NCBI RefSeq assembly: GCF_008831285.2
Contig: NC_045138.2
Span: 12,896,001-12,960,000, forward strand
Reading direction: 5' to 3'
From: Nymphaea colorata
Taxonomy: Eukaryota
DNA length: 64,000 bases
Shown here: positions 1 to 13,400 of the stretch, piece after piece
Layout: every line of letters begins with the position of its first letter
Position numbering within the stretch: the stretch's first letter is position 1
Notes under the pieces: generated by a model
Told to the model about the DNA's origin: nothing
What the model saw: only the letters and a program-made list of their open reading frames with translations
Database searches by the model: none
Translations under genes and position numbers: made by a program

Positions 1-132
1 TATATTTTTAAACATCGTAATCATATTTGTGTATACAAGCATGAAATACCTATAACCTGATTGCTTCTGAACACATTTAGTTCATAAAAACCACTATTGC
101 AAACAGTTTGTGGCCAAAATTCATGTGATTAC

Positions 133-173
133 CGGCAACAGTTAGCAACTTCTCGATGCATGGGACCAGTTAC
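133..173 (-). CDS. CLU: CLU coding exon 23
   Basis: TGCAG|VTGPMHREVANCC(R)|GTAATC. Confidence 0.9.
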
Positions 174-3114
174 CTGCATTCATACTTATCAATATCAAAT
201 TACTTTGAGAACATTAATGTCAAAAGGAAAAAAGCAACAGGTTGAAAGGTCCTACTTGCTGAAGTATTGAGAAAGCTTCAGAAAACAATGAGTACGCTTC
301 ATTAAGCATGCCCTACAATGCCAGAGGATTAATATAAATTAGACTGGCAGTTTTGCAACCAAAAATCATTAAACAAGTCATTTTGAAACCTTGGTTTCTC
401 TAGTACCTCAGCTAACCGGAGCTTTCCTGTTTCAATAAGATCTTTTGCTTCAATGCAGACAGGAACAGAATGCTTCACAACAGGTTGAAGATCCAAAACA
501 TCTGATGTTTGAAAAGGACAAGTTGCATCAAGGTCATACTTTCTTGCAGCAATTGATATGCCCAGCTGTTTGTACATTAAAGAGTGGTATCAGATAAGGA
601 CGTTATCCCCAGCTACTATTGACTGCAGAAGCAACTAAACTAGCCAATATCAGACAGCAGTTGGGTTATTCTAACCCTACAAGCACTTCCAGAAAGGAAA
701 ATTAAGAACAATTGTTTTCCCTGAAACCAATATATCATCAAAGGAACCATCCGCTAAACACCAAATGAAATGCTGGAAAAAATCTGAAATCAGCATTGCA
801 TGGAAAGACGGGGCACAAGATGGATCGAATCCTATAAAAACACAAAGATCACAATCCAAAAACAAAAATACCAAAAGTTACCTTTTGGCACAGATTTCGG
901 ATGGTTGACACCTTTCGTACTTGTAATTTTGCATCGTCAGGTAAAGTGAACTACAATAACAGATTCTTCGCATCAACAAAATGAATTTTTAAAGAAAGGA
1001 AAATGAGCAGTGAATGAGATTTTTTTTAAGTACCTGATATTTGTGTTTTGCAAAATCCTCAATGCCAGACCAAACGACTTCTGATGTGATATGAGCATAT
1101 GCCACGTGATGCTTCAATGCCATTGCAGCATTAGATGAATTTCTCTGGCCTTTTACAGAATTTTGTGTAGGTTCTCGACTAACCTGTTCCAGGAGAGATT
1201 AGATACTAGAACAATTCAAAACCGAATTCAACTCTTAATTGCCAAAATCAGAAGACAGACTCAGGGACCTACAAGGACCAGCCAGATTGAGCTAAGGCAG
1301 CTAGACCTAAACACACTTCAGAATTTCACATTTACGAGCAGTGTGTATGGGTATATACATACATACTGACATAAATGAATACATACATATGCATAAATAT
1401 ATACATATATATATATATATATAGCATACATACTTATACATAAATAATATATACACAGAGAGCTTCAAGTTTCAGAGGAAAAGAGAGAGAGGAGGAAGAA
1501 TATACAGCAGAAAAAGTACATAGAGATGCAGGATACGAAACATTCAGAAATACATAATATATAGAATAAGTAAATAGACATACACCAACATATATATACA
1601 TGGAACTTTAGTTTTATACTTTTGTAACTAAACATCAACCACCAGTCATTTTGGAATTTTAGTTTTTCTAGTATCAGCTAAATGCAGTTGTCCAGTTTCA
1701 ATAACATCTTCCAGTTCCATGCAGACAGGAACATAAAGTTTGATAGGTTGAAGAACAAAACGTCTATGTTCCAATAAATAAACAGAATATATATATATAT
1801 ATACATGCACAAAAAAATCATATTTGATATTTTAGAAGGGTTTTTTTTTTTCTTAGAAAGGCCCATATCAGCAACTGGTTAGTCAATGACGGGTAGTGAA
1901 TTAGTCAACTAAGTCGATTAGTCCCTCAAATGGGGTTACTGACATGGACATAGGGACTAGTCAATAGAATGGTTCATGGCCCACTGGGCAACTAGTAGGA
2001 CCTAGTTTAACAACTAAGGTTCAACTTGAGGTATTCTTGGTCTCACCCAGCAATTACCTGACCCAAGTAGTAGAGATACACTCAACTGATCAGAATTGGG
2101 ATACAGATTCGCTATAACACAACCAAAATCCCAGGGAAGTGCAAGCTGACTGCCATGAGCCGTTAGACTGCTTGCCTTGGTCAAATGACTCAAATCAGCA
2201 GCCCAGCTACTTGGACCGCATGCACAAGTATTAGAATTGCACTTGGCTACTCCTGAGAAAGTTCCTTTCGTAATTTCATACAGGTAAGAAAAAAAGTAAA
2301 GTGATTTTTGACAAATTCACCACCAAGTAAAAAATTTTAAAAAATGTGCAACCAAATACTGCCAATTTTTTATGACCTAAATGATGTGCATCTTTTTGTC
2401 ACCATAGATTTCCAAAAACAAACTTGGAATTTTTCTTTTCAAAAACAAGTGAGATAGACACCAAAAAGGTTAGGAGGCATTCCCTTGTTTTATTTTTTTT
2501 AATAGAATCTAAAATCAAGTTGGACAAATGCCCACTCGCCCCACCCTCAGCTAATCATGGTTCTGCAGCTGCCCATAAGTTCATGTGAGTTGGAATGAAC
2601 TTACAAATACATAAACAAATAAGAAATACTTGGCTTCATGAATAGAAGTATATACTAGTGAACAGCATGTAACAAGGACACATAATGTCAGGTTTTCTCA
2701 TCAACACACACACACAAATCTACCAGTAAGAAATGACAAATAATTTAGGACCTTGTGACATTGACTTGGCAGGGCACCACCTTCTTAACATGGCTGGGCA
2801 CAGTCGCTATTTTAAAATGATAGCACTTTTTCAGCCTATTTCGGTATTCTTTGTTTTTTCATTTATATATTATGAATAGGAATAGTGGATCTACTGTTTG
2901 TTTGCTTATATGTATATATATATATTAGCACTTTTTCAGCCTATTTCGGTATCTTTTGTTTTTTCATTTATATATTATGAATAGGAATAGTGGATCTACT
3001 GTTTGTTTGCTTATATATATATATATATATTAGCACTTTTTCAGCCTATTTCGGTATCTTTTGTTTTTTCATTTATATATTATGAATAGGAATAGTGGAT
3101 CTACTGTTTGTTTG

Positions 3115-3156
<42 letters not shown>

Positions 3157-3239
3157 CACTTTTTCAGCCTATTTCGGTATCTTTTGTTTTTTCATTTATA
3201 TATTATGAATAGGAATAGTGGATCTACTGTTTGTTTGCT

Positions 3240-3298
<59 letters not shown>

Positions 3299-6019
3299 GC
3301 ACACACACACATCCCTGCAATGCACACCCATGTGATATAAAATAGGACTAGTTAACCATTTCAACTGGTCCTACAAGTGCCAGTTTGCACCATTGGGTAG
3401 AATAATCTAACAACCCAGATTTGCATGTTTTGAAAATGAGATGGTTATCAGAAATTGGCCACTTACCATCCTCTTTCTGCCATTTTAAATGATATCTGGA
3501 CTGTTGGATAAGGTAACACCACCAATTCAAGACATGATCAACCTGGATCAATTCCTAACCCTACCCTTAGCACACCTTCATAGACACCTTTTCCAACATT
3601 GAACACAGGCAAAGATATATCGCACTCACAAATGTGCAACAAAGAAATGAAAATGATTGAAAAGAGAGGCATTTATCATGCACACCTTCCTAGCAGCCCT
3701 CGATCGCATGTTGCTGATATTATTCTTCACAGTCCTAGTAACATCATGTCCCAGAAAACAATTTAGGAATTGTGACATTGTAAATCCAAGTTCATGGTCT
3801 TCACATTGCCTTAAGATATCCTGCCAAAGTGTGAAAAAAGGAGCATATTTTTCAACTTAGCACCAAAAAGGACTTTCAAGTCTTATTCAGGAACAAATTT
3901 GTTACTGTGGAACTTGAAAATGTAAGATCCATGGCAGCACATAATGAAGACTGGCATAACCACATACAGATGCAGAATTTATTACACAGGATTTATTACG
4001 CAGGTGATGATGGAGATGCAGAAGTGAGCTTTCTCCAGATGGCATGTAATGGTTATAAGCACATATAGATGACATCAAGAATACAGTCGATGACTAAAAT
4101 TAACACAATATATGTCATACAGTTAGTGCTTTACTTGGAATCAGACTGGAATCAAATTATGCATATCCTCAAAGGTTAATCATGTTAAAAGCTTCACAAA
4201 AGTTGCCATATTCTCAAATCCATTTGACAAACTGATATAGGTATATAACATGTACCGCAAGTAACATTTTGTGACTAAAGCTAAGGTGTGCAAGGTAATC
4301 TTTCAGAGGATTGTTCTTCGGCAAGCATGTGGTGGTGATACCCACACAAGAATTATGTATATTTAAACCTCAAAGCATGAAAGTACCAAAAGCAGAGCAA
4401 AAAGTTCTATTCTCAAATTAATTTGATACAAGGATCTGAATACATAACCTATGCCAACAAGCGACAACTTTGTAGCCCACAAAGTAGAATCATCTAAAAT
4501 CAGTGAACTACATACAAGTGAATATTTATTATTGATGCTCCTAAGCATCTGACAGAGTATGAGAAGTAAAGTATGCTTTCACAGACAAATAATATAAAAG
4601 AGACAGCTCTTTTGTCACCAAAGCATATATGAAACAGGATGGAATTTGGCAACACTTCACCTTAAGAATATGCTTCGCAGACCGCACAATAATCTCAGTA
4701 ACACATAGATCCCATATATGGGGCAAGTGTTTTGTCATCTTAGCTATCTGAAAATATCCCAAAACTCAATCTGTTATAATACAGGATGAAAAATATCAAT
4801 CATACACCAGAGAAAATTCACAAACTTCACCTTGCCAAGGTAACGAACATTTATTCCATGAGCATGCAATGCTTCAGCTAATGTCTGTCCATCCATGGGG
4901 GAAACCTCAAGTGTGTTAAGGTCTTTTACAAACTTTGGGATCACAACATCTACAAGATACGAACCAGCTTTTTTCACTAAAGCCTCATCTGTAGCTATCT
5001 CCTGATTAAATGCAAAATTCATCAGGTTAATATAAACACTTCACTAGGAACACCCAAAAAATATCTGTGCGGCATATACCTCTTCACAACCAGCTAATGG
5101 GAATTCCGTTAGGACATTGGGGTTCAAAAGAATATCCTCACATGAACTAGCAGAAGTCGGTGCAGATTCATTTGGTTGGGCTGTTTCACTTTCTTCTTTG
5201 GTCACATCCTTCACAGAAAAAAAGTACATGGTTAATGAAAATTTACAACAGAAGACTCTTTCAACTCTCCAAACTGAAAGAAACAAAATTGTCTTCCAAT
5301 TTAGTAAGGCCATGCATCAAATCCAACAAGAACAGAAGAACAGAAACAGGAAGAAGATGCCGCCAAAATTAGCAACCATTAAAGAAAATGTTGTAACTAA
5401 GGTCATTAAGTTGAATAAAAGAACAGAAATTCAAAAGGCAAAAAAAGAAAAGGAGAGAAAATATCATCCATTGAAGACAGTCAAGGAGCATTTCTGTACC
5501 ACTTTTGCTGATTCACAACCACTAGCAGCATCTAAGTCTGGGGAATGTAATTCCATTTGGGTATTTACATCATCTTTGATTTTACCGTTCAATCTCTCTG
5601 CAGCTTCAACCTTTCCAGATTAACAAATTCACAATTAGAAAAAATTAACTTGTGCTCCACCTTATTGCAAATATGGCATCAAATGAACCATGCATGAGTA
5701 CTACCTGACAGAAAGAAGAAACAAGTTCAGGCCTAAGAACACAAAACCTTGACCCTTCCCCAACGTAATTAGCATCCCGAGGAGTCACTCTCATCAAATC
5801 TAAAAGGTAGTGTCTGATCATTATTACAACAAAAAACATTCACAATTAGATAATAAAGAATTAGAATTAACAGAACAAAATTAATTGCCTGCAAAAGTCT
5901 GTCATTTCCAACTTGGAAAATTGACAATAAAAACCTAAAATACTTGTAACTCTAAGGTGGCGTTTGGCAGCACCAGCATTAAAATCCTGGGATTTTAATC
6001 CTAGAATCAGGTGAATAGA

Positions 6020-6091
<72 letters not shown>

Positions 6092-7382
6092 CAAAAGAGA
6101 GCAAAACAATATCAAACAATTGAGAATTTTTTTGTTGCAGCAAGAAAAATGTAAGTAGCAAGAAATAAGGAAAATATATGAAAAAATTCAACATAAATGA
6201 ATCATAGTTTCCATTTTATGGTTTTTATTCTCATAAATCTCTCTCATTTCCTCTTGTATACTAGAAAACCAATTGAATGACACAACCACTTGAAAACAAC
6301 ATTCATCGCATGTGTCTCCCTATTCAAGAGACGTGTTGGATCATATTGTCAATCAAGTATTCATTCTTCCCTTCTAGTAAGCAAGAATGTGGAAGAATGT
6401 CGCCGCCTGGACACACAATCTGCCAGGCCTGCCCCCAGCAGCTTCCTCCCTCCCTCCTCAACAACATCAACTGCCCAGAATGCAATCAGGTTGCAAAGTT
6501 CCCCGCTCTGCTGCCAGCTTTCACCAGTGATGGCAGTTCATCTGGTTCTGTGATTAGGCTTACCCATGGTTTGAAGAAGATGGAGAAAGAAAGTTCCGTG
6601 AAGAGATGAAGAAGAGCAAGAGAGACAGAGCATGCAAGCTTAACAGGCAACGAAATTTTCCATGGATTTCAATCGCATCCCTCGAGGGTGGATTGAAATC
6701 CATGGAATGGTATCCCAGTTTCGTATCTAAATTCCAGGATTTTGTTCCAGCGTTTGCTGGGATCTGGATTTTTCGGAAAATAAGGAATCCAACTTGAAGA
6801 GTGGAATCCACGCACAACAAACACGCCCTAATAGGAGTTTTACTATATTAGATCAGATTAAGATGGACCTTTCCTTTGTACAACTCACTCAACAGCAAAA
6901 TTTGATGCCTGATGCAGTGAAATTAATGTCAACAAAAAAAATGAGAGGCATAAAAATCTGCCAGACACAGACTGAACAGCACTTGCCAAATGGTGGTGAA
7001 AATCGCATTAGGCATAAAAACCAGGTTAAGCTCTTGAAGGCTACCGAAATTTTTAACATGCTTAAGAGGTATGATTTCAATGGTTAAAGTAGCTATGTCC
7101 ACCAGCTCTTCAAAGAATAAAAAATGCTGGTGATTGAGCAATAAAAAACAACATACTGTAGGTGTTATTTTTTTAGGCGGCAGTTAATAGATTATGTTCC
7201 ACACATTTAATCTTGTTCAGAAATGTGTGTTTTAGGCGGCAGTTAATCCAGTTTAAAAAGTGAGAGTGGTGAAGTGGACATCGGCAAAATTTGAAGAGTT
7301 AAGAAATTTGCAAGTTTGCTAAAATCAATGTGCAAATTTTAAAAAGCTAAGTTTATTTTGTTATACAGTAAAATATAAGGAG

Positions 7383-7418
<36 letters not shown>

Positions 7419-10400
7419 GGTACAATGAAGCTGTTTTTGGTTGCAACTATCGGCACATTCTTCCAAGGAATGAGAAAACAGAGTTAAACGACATAGAAAC
7501 TTAAGCTTCTTAAGAGTTGACATTTTGGATTAGGCCTGACCTCGACCTGATCCAAAATGTACCTGCTTGCCCAACAATACTCATGTCACGAAAATGGTGC
7601 ATGAACATAGGTACACCTGACCAAGTCATGTAGCCATGTTGCATAGGTTTAATGGAAATTTGAGATTGCTTGGACTTCTCCAATGCATTGTCATTCTATC
7701 CCTGACCATGCATAGATCCTCTTCTCATCTTCCGACTCTCCATCATTCCTTACTTGCAAAAAAAAATTGTACTCAAAAGAATAATGAAAAAAAAATCCAT
7801 GACAGACCGTTCTAGTCCCTTCCCTTAATCTTGCTCTCTCATGCGCACTTTTGTGAGGAAGGGCTTTCTGATTCCCAAACTTGTGCTAGAGGTTCACTAA
7901 AATCCGACAGTTTATCACTGAGTCTTTGAAAAGGGTAGATTTTTCTAGTGTCTATATGCCAGAATTAGCTTCTTGGAAAGGGTTTCCTCTCTCTCTCTCT
8001 CTCTTGCCCAATGAAGTTGTTCTAGATCACTACCATCAGCAGATTCTTCCAACTAAAGAGATAGAAAATAGGGTTCAACAATATAGACACTTGAGCTTCA
8101 GAAAGTTACTGTTCGGATCAGGCCTGACCTAGACCTGATCCAAATTATACCCGCTTAACCACCAACATGAACAAGTTAACACTAAGCTACATTAGTTCAC
8201 TAAGCAAGCACATTCCCATTGCATTGGCACAATTCAAAGATGCAAAAGGGAGCCAAACAACATTTCTGAACATGATCAACTACCTGACCACAGTGACCCG
8301 GCAACTTCCGTTTTGAATACTAATTGCATATTTACTATGGGCTAATAAGAAGACAAAAAAACATCCAGTTAAAATGATAAAAGTAATAAGCATTGTATTG
8401 CCTCTAGAAGGTCGAATTAAATACCAAAAGCAAGAGAAATATGACAATGAAATAAAAGTTGAAAAAAATGAAAATATAAAATGAAAAAAAATCATGAAAA
8501 ATTATGAAAAAATCGGATAAACTGATTGTCAATGATTTTTACAAAATATCAAGATTTTTCCTTTTTATTTTTTGTTAAGATTGCATTACTTTTCAAAAAT
8601 ATTGTGATATTTGTGGCTATGGTTTTGACAAAACTCAATTTAACAAAAGGCCTGACAAAGCTGCCTCCTCCCAGTTTTTCAAGCGCTTTGTGAAATTGAG
8701 TTTTTGACGAGCCACCCAAACACCAAAACCAATTATTAAAATCTATTTTAAAAAATCATTTTTTCGAAAACATGGTTTTCACAAAACACCATTTTCAAAC
8801 GGTGTCATCGAAACACTACCTTATCTTTTTTCATTAAAACTTTTTATCAACGCTAGTACTTTCTAACTTCATATGTGCTGTCTTTACTCTTTAGTCATGA
8901 TTTAGAATTGGACTTCAAAGAGTTTGCATTTGTAATAGAGTTCACCATTATTGCTTTAATATGTGTACTTTGTACATATAAAATAGTAAGGAGGCATTTG
9001 GATGACACCTAGAAACCAATTTCTGGAGATATAAAATGGTTTTGCTTCTAAAATGTCATTTCATGCACGTTTAAACCTTAGTCACAAGTCACAACTAATG
9101 TTTCAGAGTTTTAAACAGTGAGGTTTCCGTGTAATACGGCAAGCTTGAAAATACTGGAAAAAACGGGACAAAAAGCAGAAACAAGAAGACTACATGTCCA
9201 GTCTTTTTTAGTACTGCTTACCTCAAAAAATCCAAGGCAAATCTGCAAATCGACTGAAAAAACCAAAGCAAATCCTACCTGCACAGTGCGCAAGGACAGA
9301 CCGCTGGAGATATGCTGGGTGCTGAAAAATGTACCCAGCCGTCGGAGGTTTTATGTGGCTGCCACTCGACTAAAGCTGCGACCAACAAACGCATGTCGGT
9401 GTGACCCACCGGTAGGTCAGAAATGTCACCTAAATCGTGTCAAGTTGTTTTCCTCTCTGTCGATGAAATGTTTTTAACGTCATACGTTCTACAACTTGGT
9501 CATTTCTTTTACGAATCTACCATTTAAAATTTTTAAAAATTACAAGTGATGCTATCACCGGAAAAAAAAATCTCGCTTGTAAAAAAGACGCAAAAAATCA
9601 CGTTTTTTAAGTGTTTTTTTTTTTTACTGCTTTTTTGAAAAAAATGTGTTTTTTCCCCTTCTTTCAGTGATTCATTTTCCCACTTTTTTTTTTGGAAAAT
9701 AATGCATTTTTCATGACACTAGTTTGGACAATACAGGAAACGAGTTTTACAAAAACTTGAGTTTGGCAAACCTGTTTTTTGGAAGGGAGTGAATAACCTG
9801 GCACCCACCAAGTTATTCACAAAAAAATGTGTTTTGGTCATATCACCGAAGCACACAACCCATGTCATATAGATACAGGTCTAGGTGCCGGTACGGGCAC
9901 CAGTACGCATATGGGTGCGAAGAACTTTGAAACTGAGAAATGGTCTAAATCTTTGTAGTGACAACCCAGCCAAACAGACCCACATACCTAGCTCATCAAA
10001 TCCCAAACCACTTTGAAGGTGGGTAGCTGATTCTGGGGGCACAGTAAAAGGCTATCAACCACGACTATCGGTAGTACAGCAGATGAGTATTTAAACCTAT
10101 GTCACATAGGTACAGTACATGCACATATGGGTACCAGGATGGGTACGAGTACAATGCACTTTCAAAAAATTTGGGTACAAAGAGTAAGATTTTAATCAAA
10201 TAAAACACTATAGAAAGTTCTATTAAAGACAACTTATAACTAAGTTGACTGAAAAATCGTTGGTCACCGGAATATCTCGTCGAAAAGCCCTACTGAATAG
10301 GTTCAAATTCAACTTCAATCAAACTACAAAGAATATGAAGAGTCCTTTAGTTTCTACTAAGGGCTCTTCATTGCCATCAAATATACACGATTGTTTAGAA

Positions 10401-13400
10401 AAAAAAATTAATTTGTGGACAAAAGTGAAGTTAGTCAAGTTTGATCGAGTCCAGAAAAAGAACGGCATGGTGCATTTGAGTCGTTGACCACCTATGTCAT
10501 CACATGGGTGCGGGTGTTGGTGCGGGTGCTGGGTGCAGCAAGTTCCAAAAAAAATTGAGTTCGGATGCGGCATATAAATATATACATATATATATATATA
10601 TATATATGTTATTTAAGTAATTTTATTTGTCTACTTTTTTACATTTTTTTAATCAAGGTTACCTTAATCTCATACAAAATTCAAAGTTTAATTAAATAAA
10701 ATAAGAGGGAGAGAGAGAAGAGGGAAAGATAGGAGAAGGAAAAAAAATGAAAAAAAAAACACAAGAGAAAAGAAGAACCGATGCGGTCAGCAACACCCGA
10801 TTCGGTTTGATCAAGTTAGGTGTCGTGTTAGACCATACCAGCACCTGCATCAGTGGGGTGCGCCACCATAGTTGGCGCACCCGTGCGACTTAGTTGACCA
10901 CACCCGACACAGGTCTGACCTAGGCCATGTCCAAAGGCATACCTGCACCCATACCCATGTCAACATGCCGTACCCATGACGCACCCATGTCAACATGGGT
11001 ATGACACCCAAATAGAGGTACCCATACGACATAAATTTAAACCTTTGAAGACTTTTGAAAATCTTCAATATATGATTATTCTCAAGCACCATCATAAACA
11101 TGGGGTTTTACAAGTTGTGCTCCTCAAGGCCAATGTTGTACGTATCGTACGATACGACCCCGTATCGTACGATACGTATCGTCTTGTTTGAAAAAAACGG
11201 TACGATACACCCCCGTATCGTAAAAAAGGGGTGTACCGACCCTGTATCGCACGTATCGTACGATACAGGGCCTGTATCGTACGATACGGGGCGATACACC
11301 CCGTATCATACGATACGGGCTAAAAACGCAAAAGGGGGCCCGAGACCTACTTATTCGGCTTCTTTTTGAAATTTTTCTTCCGTTCTTCATTTCTAACGCT
11401 TGGATAGTGCCGTAAGGGAGGGCGATCGTTCATTTTCACCGTCAAAAACTTGATTTTCATCGTTAAATCGAACATTAAGTGGTCGATCTGTGCGTGGGTG
11501 CTTGATTTTCGTGGGAAGGAAAGGGATTTTCTTCATTTCAGACATTTCTTCTTCGTAAGGTATGAAATCTCATGTTCTTACCATGTATTCTTAATTTTTT
11601 ACCGTATAATCGTAGATTGGAAGACTTTGAGTGTTTTTCATTAAGTTTACCATAGGATTTCGTTTTTTTTTTTTTGAAGATATGGATCCTACATGGCAAT
11701 GGTGCGAAAGGGTGAAGGAGAATAACCGTTTGAAACTCAAATGTGGCTTCTGTGGGAATACATTTTCAAGAGGGATTATTAGAATGAAACACCATTTGGC
11801 AGGGACCTCCAAAGATGCGTCTCCTTGTGTTGGAGGACCAAACAAACCTTTGCCTCCATTTGTGCGTCAACAATGTTTAGATATGCTTCATGCTTTACGT
11901 CAAAAGAGAATACAAAAAGAAATTGAAGATGTAGATGTAGGCTATAATGTGCCTTTGGAAGATGAAGAAGAAGAGGAAGAAGCTTATGAATGTGATGATG
12001 AAGACGATAGCAGTCTAAGAACAGATTTGGAGACCTCAAGAGGTAGAGATCGTAGAGGAAAAGGGATTATGTATGAAGGAGGTCGATCTGGCATAACGGG
12101 AAGGAACAGGAGAGGCACAACAGATATTAGGGCCAGGCGAGGTATGCGACCACCTAGTGGTAGAGTTCCTACTGGTAGGTCTAGTGTTGGCTCTATTAAG
12201 AGTTTTTTCCCTTCATATACCAACCCAGGTGGTCAGCCGCAGATTCGTGCTGCTATGACATCTAAAGATATGCTATATCATGCACAAAAGCAGGTAGGGA
12301 AATGGTTTTATGATGCATGCATTCCATTTAATGCAGCTAATTCTTTTCAATTCCAAGTCATGGCAGATGCAATTGCTTCTATAGGCCCCGGATTCAAAAT
12401 GTCATCATATCATCAGTTGAGGGGCAACATTCTTCAGGATACAGTCAAAGAAGTGTATGAGCATTGCGATGAGTTGAAATTATGTTGGAAGGAAACAGGT
12501 TGCTCCATTATGTCAGATGGTTGGACTGATACAAGGTCAAGAACACTTGTAAATTTTCTTGTTTATTGCCCTAAAGGTACAATGTTCTTGAAATCTCTTG
12601 ACTTGTCTGATGTTCCTAAGACTGCTGAGATTTTATTCAATGTTTTTGATAATGTCGTACAAGAAGTTGGACCTGCAAACATTGTACAGTTTATTACAGA
12701 TAATGCTGCAAATTATAGAGTTGCAGGAGATTTGTTATTTCAAAAATATAGAACATTTTATTGGAGTCCATGTGCCACTCATTGTGTTAATCTAATGCTT
12801 CAAGATCTTAATGAGATGCATGATATGAAATCAGTCATTGACCAATGTCAAGAGGTAACAAAATTTATCTATAATCATGCATATGTATTGAGTTTGATGA
12901 GAAAATTTACAAAAGGAGTTGAATTAATACGACCTGCACAAACTAGATTTGCCACAAATGTATTGACTGTGCAGTGTGGTGAAACAAAGAACTCCTTTGA
13001 GACATATGTTTGCTAGTGAAGAATGGGCTACATATCCACATGCTCATAAAAGAAATGCTTCTTTAGTTGTGGATATTATATTCAATAACGTATTTTGGGA
13101 ATCATGTGTGAAGCTATTGAAGGTTTGTGTTCCATTAGTTAAGGTTCTCAGGTTGGCTGACAGTGAAGACAGACCTTCCATAGGGTACTTATATGAGGCT
13201 ATGGACAAAGCAAAAGAGGCAATTCGAGACAACTTAAAGGAAAAGAAAAAGTTATATATGCCCATATGGAAGATTATAGATAAAAGGTGGACTGGATAGC
13301 TTCATCAACCTCTTCATGCAGCAGCTTATTATCTAAATCCTGCAATTAGATTTTCTCCTACATTTAAGAAGGACAGAGAAGTCATGCATGGTTTGTTAGA

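Noticed and set aside
585..596. TGGTATCAGA PBS-like motif
   Set aside because: Lies in a short CLU intron with no LTR or retroelement sequence nearby; treated as a chance match.
2821..3295. CRISPR-like repeat-spacer array
   Set aside because: Repeats are about 86 bp, spacers are only (TA)n, the context is a plant intron and there are no cas genes.
3463..3545. Possible extra CLU exon (CAG...GTAAGT on the minus strand)
   Set aside because: The peptide does not resemble CLU, and exons 18 and 19 already join in phase without it.
5117..5623. 168-aa plus-strand ORF
   Set aside because: Antisense shadow of CLU exons 14-15 and the T-rich intron between them.
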